From NCBI GenBank assembly GCA_963772365.1, contig CAVYXA010000001.1:384001-448000 (forward strand): a stretch of 64,000 nt of DNA, written 5' to 3'. Positions 56,613 to 64,000 of the stretch are shown piece after piece. The stretch's first letter is position 1, and every line of letters begins with the position of its first letter. The notes under the pieces were generated by a model. It was not told where the DNA came from and did not search any database. It saw only the letters and a list, made by a program, of their open reading frames with translations. Position numbers and translations under genes: made by a program. Source of the stretch: an uncultured Verrucomicrobiae bacterium. Lineage in GTDB: Bacteria; Verrucomicrobiota; Verrucomicrobiia; Chthoniobacterales; UBA10450.

Positions 56613-57302
56613 ATGAAGATCGACATCCTTACACTTTTCCCCGAGATCTGCCGCGCGCCTCTGGGCGAAAGCATGATGAAACGGGCGCAGGAAAAAGGAA
56701 TTGTCGATCTTCGCATTCACAATCTCCGCGATTGGACCACCGATAAACATCACATCGTCGATGATACACCGTTTGGCGGCGGGCAGGGGATGGTGATGAA
56801 ACCAGAGCCAATCTTCGCCGCGGTGGAAGATCTCAGGAAGCAAACATCGGACACTCAATCAGAGAAAACGAAAATCATTTTGATGAGTCCGGCAGGACGC
56901 CCGCTTAATCAAAAGCTGGCAACAGAGATATCGAAAGAATCGCACCTCATCATCATTTGCGGACATTACGAGGGCGTCGATCAGCGGGTTATCGAGCATC
57001 TTCTCGACCTTGAGATTTCGATTGGCGATTATGTCCTAACGAACGGCGGGATTGCCGCCGTCGTTCTTGTGGATGCAATCGTGCGATTGCTCCCTGGCGC
57101 TCTGGGACATGAGCAGTCAGCTGCCGATGATTCGTTCAGCGCGGGACTGCTCGAAGCGCCGCAATACACCCGCCCCGCCGAATTTCGCGGCTGGAAAGTC
57201 CCGGAGATCCTCCTTTCGGGAAATCACGGACAGATCGCGGCGTGGCGAAAAGAGCAAGCGTTCAGGCGCACAAAAAAAAATCGGCCTGATCTATTATCCT
57301 AA
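56613..57302 (+). CDS. trmD: tRNA (guanine37-N1)-methyltransferase
   Basis: [37 protein letters not shown]. Confidence 0.97.
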   Translation: MKIDILTLFPEICRAPLGESMMKRAQEKGIVDLRIHNLRDWTTDKHHIVDDTPFGGGQGMVMKPEPIFAAVEDLRKQTSDTQSEKTKIILMSPAGRPLNQKLATEISKESHLIIICGHYEGVDQRVIEHLLDLEISIGDYVLTNGGIAAVVLVDAIVRLLPGALGHEQSAADDSFSAGLLEAPQYTRPAEFRGWKVPEILLSGNHGQIAAWRKEQAFRRTKKNRPDLLS

Positions 57303-58543
57303 TTGCGCACGCGTCCAAAGACGACACAGGCATTGATTCCGCCGAACCCGAACGAATTGCTCATCACATAATTTAGTTCAGCAGCGTGACCGTGGTTTGG
57401 AACCACATCGAGATCGCAAGCCGGATCAGGATTTTGATAATTTATTGTGGGCGGAATCCGCTGTTGATCCAACGCCAGTGCGCAGATAGCGCCTTCGATT
57501 GCACCGGTCGCCCCTAACGGATGCGCGTGATATCCCTTGGTGCCGCTGACGGGAATTTTCCTGGCGTGCTCGCCGAATACCCGTTTGATCGACATCGTTT
57601 CAGCGCTGTCATTGAGCTGGGTAGAACTGGCATGGGCGTTAATGTAATCGATCTGTTCGGCGGCCAGTTGCGCATCTGCCAAAGCGTCGCGCATGGCTCG
57701 CATGCACGATTCACCGGTGGGCAATGGCGTCGTCATGTGAAATGCGTCATTGTTCAAACTGTATCCGAGCACTTCGGAGTAGATGTGAGCGCCCCGATTG
57801 CGTGCATGATCCAGTTCTTCCAAAATCAGCGACGCGGCGCCTTCGCCCATGACAAAGCCGTCGCGCAGAAGATCGAACGGCCGGGAAGCCGTGGCCGGAT
57901 CTTCATTGCGGCTCATCGTTTTGATGATGTCGAACGCGCCAATGGTAATCGTGGTAAGCGGGGCTTCCGCGCCTCCAGCAACCACGACATCGGCGAAATC
58001 GTCACGAATGTAGCGAAGCGCTTCACCGATTGAAACTGTTCCACTGGCGCAGCTATTAGAGTTCGTTGTGCCGACGCCGCGAAAGCCAAAATCGATTGCG
58101 ATATTGGAATGGGCCGAACCGCCAAATACCTGCACGGCGAGTGTCGGCTGTACACCGCGAGCGCCTTTTTTCAGGAAGCGAATGTATTGCTCTTCCGCTT
58201 TGCAAACACCGCCCAGAGCGGTACCGAAACTGACACCGATTCGGTCCTGCGGATGGTCATGGGAATATTCGAGGCCTGCGTCATCGAGCGCGAGCTTGGC
58301 CGAAACGACAGCGAATTGCGCGTAACGATCGAGCCGCTTTAAACGATGCGGCGCAAAAAACTCCTCTGGATTCCAATCGCGAATCTGACCGGCACAGCGC
58401 ACTTTGAATGCGCTGGCATCAAACGCCTCGATCCTGCTGATTCCAGTTTTTTCGGCAAGGATCCCGTCCCAAAAATTTTCGCGACCGCGCCCGATACAGG
58501 TGACCGGACCTAGACCGGTGATGACAACGCGCCGCCGATTCAT
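57299..58543 (-). CDS. beta-ketoacyl-ACP synthase (FabF-like)
   Basis: [36 protein letters not shown]. Confidence 0.92.
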   Translation of the reverse strand: MNRRRVVITGLGPVTCIGRGRENFWDGILAEKTGISRIEAFDASAFKVRCAGQIRDWNPEEFFAPHRLKRLDRYAQFAVVSAKLALDDAGLEYSHDHPQDRIGVSFGTALGGVCKAEEQYIRFLKKGARGVQPTLAVQVFGGSAHSNIAIDFGFRGVGTTNSNSCASGTVSIGEALRYIRDDFADVVVAGGAEAPLTTITIGAFDIIKTMSRNEDPATASRPFDLLRDGFVMGEGAASLILEELDHARNRGAHIYSEVLGYSLNNDAFHMTTPLPTGESCMRAMRDALADAQLAAEQIDYINAHASSTQLNDSAETMSIKRVFGEHARKIPVSGTKGYHAHPLGATGAIEGAICALALDQQRIPPTINYQNPDPACDLDVVPNHGHAAELNYVMSNSFGFGGINACVVFGRVRN

Positions 58544-58995
58544 GCGTTCACCGTTGTGACCTTGCCTTCCACATATGCCTTCATACAGCGCAGAGTTTTA
58601 TTAGCAATGTTGTGAATAAAGAAATCGCCGATGACAGGATCGACAATCGGCGCCAGCGCAGGAATTCGAAACCGCAGGTCGTGCGCGATCTCGACCAGCA
58701 CGCCCTCGGGCGTTTCGCGAAATGTCCAGACGACGTGCATCCCTTTGGTAAATGCTTTGAGGTGATTGAAGCGCACCTCGATTTTTTCGCGGTCGATGAT
58801 CTGTTCGGACGTCCAGGAAATGGGAACCCGGGACCGAGTCGCGGCCATGATCACGATGTTTCGATCCGGACTTCGTTCGAGATAACGAATGTAACGATAA
58901 TGCGGTAGAATCTTTGGCCAAAGTTCCAGATTCGCCGCCGTCTCGAAGATCGACATCTTCGGCGCGCGCATCGTGATCGAGTTGGTCTTGTGCAT
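58540..58995 (-). CDS. SRPBCC/polyketide cyclase-aromatase family protein
   Basis: START-like pattern (WPKILPHY...TKGMHVVW); ATGA overlap with the ketosynthase. Confidence 0.8.
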   Translation of the reverse strand: MHKTNSITMRAPKMSIFETAANLELWPKILPHYRYIRYLERSPDRNIVIMAATRSRVPISWTSEQIIDREKIEVRFNHLKAFTKGMHVVWTFRETPEGVLVEIAHDLRFRIPALAPIVDPVIGDFFIHNIANKTLRCMKAYVEGKVTTVNA

Positions 58996-59152
58996 CGGTT
59001 TGGATCAAACTACACGGCGCGGCAGGAGGGCGCAGCATCTTTGCGTCGTTTGCCACTGTGCCAGATGCGACCTTCTTCGTATGCAATCCCACGTTATGCA
59101 CGCTGGAAAGTTGCGCCCTCCCGAAGCTTAATAGCCATGCATCGACATCGAT

Positions 59153-59340
59153 TTATTCGTTGTCTTTGGTGATAATTCCAAACCGACCGTGCTTCTCGTC
59201 CGCGATTCCAGCGATGAAATAGACTCCTTCGCCGAGCGGCAGCATGTCCCACAAGCCCTCTAATTGAAGTGGTGTTCCATCGGCCTGAATGATCGTTCCG
59301 AGAAAGTCGCACGCTGAAACGTTGATTTGAATGCTTTCAT
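59153..59340 (-). pseudogene. relic of a TIGR03118-family protein (start fused to C-terminus)
   Basis: DFLGTIIQADGTPLQLEGLWDM...VYFIAGIADEKHGRFGII*, out of frame with the ATG at 59340. Confidence 0.6.
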
Positions 59341-59436
59341 ATGAACCGGATCGGATTAAAGCGAGACGGCGGCTAGCCTCGAAAGGTAACGAGCCTGTTA
59401 CTTACGATCTGGCGAAGGGGCAGCGATTAGGCTTGG

Positions 59437-60093
59437 TCAGGAAATTTTGTAGCCGACGTGTCGGACGGTGTGAATCAGCGCCGGATCGCCGAGCTTCTTC
59501 CGCAGCCGCCCGATGAAAACTTCTACAAGCTTTGTGTCGTATTCGTGCGCGTGATCCCAGACGCGCTCGCACAGTTCGGTACGAGTGAATACGCGGCCTG
59601 GTTCTCGCATCAGCACTTTTAGCAACGTCAATTCGCGAGGTGAGAGATCAATGCGATTCGGCCCGCGATGCACCTGCTGGCTGGCAAGATCGAATGTCAG
59701 ATCCGTGACACGAAGAGTGAGGGCGGCCTCTTCCGGGTAACGCCGTCCCAAGGCGTCCACTCGCGCGACCAGTTCTGCGGTAGCAAATGGTTTTGGCAGA
59801 TAATCATCGGCGCCGAGCTGTAACCCGGTTACGCGATCTTTCACCTCACTGCGCGCGGTTAACATCAACACGCGACTGTTGATGTGCTGCGAGCGCAGGC
59901 GGCGCAGAACTTCGAACCCATCGATTCGCGGCAGGCCAACATCGAGAACAACGAGATCGTAGCCAAACGCCGTCGCTTGATCGAAGCCGGATTCGCCATC
60001 ATGCACAATTCTCGGATGATGGCCTGCTTCTACCAACGCGACCGAGATTTTTTTCGCGAGCGCGATATCATCTTCAACTATCAGTACGTGCAT
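59437..60093 (-). CDS. OmpR-family response regulator
   Basis: LIVEDD, LDVGLP, GADDYLPKPF, winged helix HTVRHVGY. Confidence 0.94.
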   Translation of the reverse strand: MHVLIVEDDIALAKKISVALVEAGHHPRIVHDGESGFDQATAFGYDLVVLDVGLPRIDGFEVLRRLRSQHINSRVLMLTARSEVKDRVTGLQLGADDYLPKPFATAELVARVDALGRRYPEEAALTLRVTDLTFDLASQQVHRGPNRIDLSPRELTLLKVLMREPGRVFTRTELCERVWDHAHEYDTKLVEVFIGRLRKKLGDPALIHTVRHVGYKIS

Positions 60094-60178
60094 AAATCTC
60101 GGAACGGATTGTAACGCATTTGGCGACTCAAGAATGGAGGCGGAAAAGTAACAGAGTTGTTAGTTTTTCCGCCACAAT

Positions 60179-61390
60179 TCAAAATCTTACACTGAACTGC
60201 GCTGCGAACAGTTGACTCTCATCGCGGGGTCCACTGGTTTGCTGCGCAAAGCTGTATTGGAGTTTGAGCTGAGTGTACGATGTGAAGCGATACGTTCCGG
60301 CAATGTCGATTCTCCCAACGTCATCTCCCCATCGATTGTTACCGTCCGGCCGCTTGCCGACATCCGCAAAAAGCTGCTGGTTCCACCGAATGGCTCCGAA
60401 AAATTGTGGAGTGAATTGATATCTCGCTTCGATGTAGTACGCGAACGTGTCCCCATCGCCTTTTGCTGGGACCTCGAAACGAGCCTCGTAAAGCTCCGCC
60501 CATAATTCCAAGTGATGCAGCGCATAGCTGACATCCTGACCGAGCACGTATTCTCGGTAATCGCTGATCTCGCGTCCACGAGGCAGCATTGGCTTTGCCT
60601 CTGAGCGAAAATAGGTTCCTTCACTGGCGGAGATACCGATGTTCCAAGCCTCATCCGGACGAAACCCCAGACGTCCGCTAACAGTCGGATGGTCGAAACC
60701 GGTGTTCGTCACGCTCCACGATTCCGGTCGTGATGAAAGCGACGCATTCTTCATCTCCGCGGCATATTCGAATTTGTCGATCTTTCCCGCCACCGAAATG
60801 CCGCTGGCGTAGCTGGGTCCCCAAATCACCGGATTGAACTCGTATTTTTCAAAAAGCAACTCGCGATGGAAATCACTGGGAAGATAAACGTAATGATCCC
60901 GTACGGCTGTAACGTTTTCGTAGATCAGCGGCGCGTTGATAAATGGGTTCTCCCACGAGAGATGTCGTGGCACCCAGTTGCCGACAACCGTGGCAAACTT
61001 TCCAATCTGCACGCTGACTTGGCCGTCTTTCCAGGGCGTGAATCGAACAGCGTATTCGTCCAGCCGAATCTCCACCCCCTGATCGCTCGGATCGAAGCCA
61101 CGATCGACTCGCGTTTGGACAAAAAAATAAATCGGCGATCCATATTGAGCATCGAGGAAAAGGGTAAGCCTCGAGTTAAAAAGCGTATCCTCCTGGCTTG
61201 TGATCAATCCGGGTGGCGGTTGGTCAAAATGATAACGTTCGAGGTCTAACGTGCCGCTGATCCGCGCCCGCAATTGATTTTGGAAAGCGGCAACAGTAAG
61301 CGCGCGATCCAGTCGGTCGAAAATACTCTCGACATCGATCGCGCCCGCCGTGCACGCGACACAGCAGATACCGAGAGCAACAAACTTCAT
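60179..61390 (-). CDS. putative outer-membrane beta-barrel protein
   Basis: signal peptide, alternating beta pattern, C-terminal Phe (FSVRF). Confidence 0.75.
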   Translation of the reverse strand: MKFVALGICCVACTAGAIDVESIFDRLDRALTVAAFQNQLRARISGTLDLERYHFDQPPPGLITSQEDTLFNSRLTLFLDAQYGSPIYFFVQTRVDRGFDPSDQGVEIRLDEYAVRFTPWKDGQVSVQIGKFATVVGNWVPRHLSWENPFINAPLIYENVTAVRDHYVYLPSDFHRELLFEKYEFNPVIWGPSYASGISVAGKIDKFEYAAEMKNASLSSRPESWSVTNTGFDHPTVSGRLGFRPDEAWNIGISASEGTYFRSEAKPMLPRGREISDYREYVLGQDVSYALHHLELWAELYEARFEVPAKGDGDTFAYYIEARYQFTPQFFGAIRWNQQLFADVGKRPDGNNRWGDDVGRIDIAGTYRFTSYTQLKLQYSFAQQTSGPRDESQLFAAQFSVRF

Positions 61391-63169
61391 CTAACGTGCT
61401 TCGTGTTCTCCCGTTGCCGCGGCGGTTTGAAATTCGGCTTCAAACTCGGTCCAGTCATTTTCGGAGCGGACCAGTCGCAAAGCGCCGCCGTGCAATTGGG
61501 TAAGTTGACGGGCGAGGTTCAACCCAAGTCCATGCCCGGCAACGTGCGAACCGTCGGTGGCACGATGAAAACGCTCGAAAATATGAGACTGCGCTTCCGG
61601 CGGAATCGTTGGGCCGGTGTTGCCAATTCGCAGAAAAATCTCGCCGTTGTCTCGATGTGCTTTTACTCGAATGCTGCCGCCATGCCGATTGTACTTCCAG
61701 GCGTTCTCGAGAAGATTTTGAACGATTAGCGACACGTAACGTCTTTCGCCGACGATCAAGAGATTGCCGGGAAGATTTTTGTCGATCTTCACGTCGGGCA
61801 AATCGGGAACGGCGCTCAGGTCATCCAGCCATTCTTCGACCAGCTGGCTCAGATTGACCGCTCTGGCTTCGATTTGCAAATGGCCGGCGTCCATGCGGGA
61901 AAGTAAGAGTAAATCGTCGATTACGCTCGTTAGTCGATGCGTCTGGTGAAGTAATCCGGAAAGTTCCTCATACATTTCCGGCTTCAAATCTTCTTGGGCC
62001 AGCATGCCCTCGATGCCGGCTCGCAGCGCGGTGACCGGGCTTTTCAATTGATGGGAAGCATCGGCGGAATAACGTGTCGATCTTTTCAATTGCTCACTCG
62101 TGGTGGCAAGCTGAGCTTCGGCGCGTTTTCGTCGAGTGCGGTTTTCTTCCGAATCGACGGCGAGTTTTTCTACTGGCACGGCCAGGCGTGCGGCCATGAA
62201 GTGACTAAGCACAAACCCACCGAAAAGAAGAAGAGCGCCGCCACCGGTAATTCGCCAGCGCAATTGAGACAACTGGCCAACTCGATCCGCAAGTGAGTAA
62301 ATGCATACCTCATAGGCCGGCGGAAATACCGAACCAGGATTCAACTCTTTGTAGAACAGAAGATGGGGAACGCCGGAGATATTCACCATCAGACTGCTTT
62401 GGCCGTGGACCTTTTCTCCTACGAACTTTTTGACGGCAGCGGCAAGCCCGTTCTCGTCGCTTTTCGACAAGCCCGGTAAATGCAGTTTGCCATTGACGAA
62501 GATACCGCTCTTCATCGCTGGATTTGGACGTTTGGTTCCCAGCTCAAACGATTTAAAGCCGACGACCAGAGCTGCAATCAATTCGCCCGTGTCACTCGAG
62601 AAGATTGGCGCGGCGATAACTTCCTCGACAGCTTCATCGCTGGCGTGCGTTCGGATGTACCCGATCTGTTGACTAGTCGATAATCGTTTCAAAGCCAGTT
62701 GCGCTTCAGCGCTTGAGTCGAGCTCGCCTACATCATGTCGGTTAGGCGGGGGAAGAACCGCGCCTCTCTCGTCTAGAAACCGGTAGAACCTGGCGTGGAG
62801 GGAATGCGCGCCCGTCTGCTCGGGACGGTTTTCCTCGCTTTCCATCAAATCCCTCAGCTCGTCCTTTGCGCTCGGATATAGAAGATCCAGAGCGCCGTCT
62901 TCAAGAGACGCGTGAATGCGAGGGCGCAACGCGAGGATGCGGCAGCGCTCAGCCAGTGCGGCTCGACGCAAATCCTGGACCTGATCGAGCCAGGAGAGTT
63001 CTGCCTGAAAATCGTGGCGCAGATCACGCTCTGCCGTGGCCTCCACGTTGCGTTGTGCAAGGTAAAAAACGAACGCCGTGATTGCGGCGATCACCAACAT
63101 CATCGCAGCCAGCAGTTTGTTCCGAAACGTAGCGAAACGGTAGGGCGAGGGCGCGTTTGCAGAGGTCAT
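61391..63169 (-). CDS. membrane sensor histidine kinase
   Basis: two TM segments, SHQLKSP, NLLENAWKY, GHGLGL. Confidence 0.92.
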   Translation of the reverse strand: MTSANAPSPYRFATFRNKLLAAMMLVIAAITAFVFYLAQRNVEATAERDLRHDFQAELSWLDQVQDLRRAALAERCRILALRPRIHASLEDGALDLLYPSAKDELRDLMESEENRPEQTGAHSLHARFYRFLDERGAVLPPPNRHDVGELDSSAEAQLALKRLSTSQQIGYIRTHASDEAVEEVIAAPIFSSDTGELIAALVVGFKSFELGTKRPNPAMKSGIFVNGKLHLPGLSKSDENGLAAAVKKFVGEKVHGQSSLMVNISGVPHLLFYKELNPGSVFPPAYEVCIYSLADRVGQLSQLRWRITGGGALLLFGGFVLSHFMAARLAVPVEKLAVDSEENRTRRKRAEAQLATTSEQLKRSTRYSADASHQLKSPVTALRAGIEGMLAQEDLKPEMYEELSGLLHQTHRLTSVIDDLLLLSRMDAGHLQIEARAVNLSQLVEEWLDDLSAVPDLPDVKIDKNLPGNLLIVGERRYVSLIVQNLLENAWKYNRHGGSIRVKAHRDNGEIFLRIGNTGPTIPPEAQSHIFERFHRATDGSHVAGHGLGLNLARQLTQLHGGALRLVRSENDWTEFEAEFQTAAATGEHEAR

Positions 63170-63801
63170 GGAAGATCGACGTGCAAGGTTTGCCCGGACT
63201 TAAGATCCACGTCCCGCTCGCGCGTCGTCTTGCTGTCGATCCACGCTTTCAATTTGAAGTGACCTGCCGGAAGTCCCGTCAGGCGAAATTCCCCGCTTGG
63301 TTTGGTCATGACAAAGTAGGGAGTATCAAGAACCAGAATCATCCCGCGCATATGCTCGTGAATGTCGCAACGAAGGGTCACCAGCCCTGGCTTATCAAAC
63401 ACCACCGACGGAATCGGGCGTTCCTCCGAACGGTACCGGCCAAGATCGAATCGTTTGGCTCGCGAATACGAAAAGATGCTGTGATAAGTATCATCCAGAT
63501 TTGGGAACTCCACGCGGGTGCCGACCTGGATCGGCAGGACCGATGGGATAAAGGCGAGATCTTTTTGGACGACCTTTTCCAGCGGCTGAGATTTTGGCTT
63601 CGGAAACGAATCCTCCAGATAAACGACGGCCATTGGCGGTTCGGTGGAGAGAACGCCACCGCGAGTGACAACCTCATAGCGTCTCGCCAGTACCGGCGGC
63701 GCGTGCGACTTCGGCAACTGCACCGTTCCTTCGACCGTTGCCCCAACCACGATCGGAAGAGGAAACAGAATGGAGAGAATGCAGAAACAGAGTAATCGCA
63801 C
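63166..63801 (-). CDS. exported cupredoxin-like / carboxypeptidase-regulatory-like protein
   Basis: FPNLDDTYHSIFS, FDLG, CDIHEHM. Confidence 0.8.
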   Translation of the reverse strand: MRLLCFCILSILFPLPIVVGATVEGTVQLPKSHAPPVLARRYEVVTRGGVLSTEPPMAVVYLEDSFPKPKSQPLEKVVQKDLAFIPSVLPIQVGTRVEFPNLDDTYHSIFSYSRAKRFDLGRYRSEERPIPSVVFDKPGLVTLRCDIHEHMRGMILVLDTPYFVMTKPSGEFRLTGLPAGHFKLKAWIDSKTTRERDVDLKSGQTLHVDLP

Positions 63802-64000
63802 TTTAGTTAGTTTATAAGTGTTTCGTTCGACGGAAAGTGCCTGCTCGGCCCGCCAAAAGTAACAACGGCGTTACCTTTTTGCGTAAACGCGCCCGCCAGA
63901 GAGTATGCGATTCAACCGGTATGAGAACAAATCGACGATCTCTGATTGGGTTATGCGCATGCGCAATCGCAATTTGCACGATGCCTTTTCTCTTGTTTGG

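Overview
A 64-kb bacterial chromosome segment, most likely from Verrucomicrobiota (Spartobacteria/Chthoniobacterales-like). This assignment is inferred from the VPDSG-CTERM protein, the cyclase-TolB-TPR protein, the dockerin-tailed protein relic and the repeat families. The backbone is housekeeping: dacA-like, pfkA, ctlX-like, hutH/hutU/ftcD/hutI, tig-clpP-clpX, cinA, nadD-rsfS, pgi, icd, tRNA-Glu, tRNA-Pro, metH, ffh-rpsP-khpA-trmD, a fabF-like gene and two-component systems. Accessory DNA is concentrated in the first 25 kb. (i) A TA / methyltransferase-endonuclease / cyclase block is followed by a mosaic of gene relics (MTase, pfkA, ctlX, argG). (ii) Two VapBC-type TA pairs sit inside the hut cluster. 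(iii) A ~5-kb integrase-free candidate defence island lies between two diverged 5' ends of hutI; it encodes a HEPN protein, an unknown protein, an HNH-like/GIY-YIG fusion, a RloC-like ABC-ATPase-HEPN and a small partner. Several families of tiny palindromic elements (15-77 nt) nest inside each other and are inserted in frame in hutU, hutI (twice), ftcD, metH and the MTase. Three genes carry apparent single frameshifts, and rsfS appears to start at ATA. No CRISPR array, rRNA, integrase or transposase was recognised.
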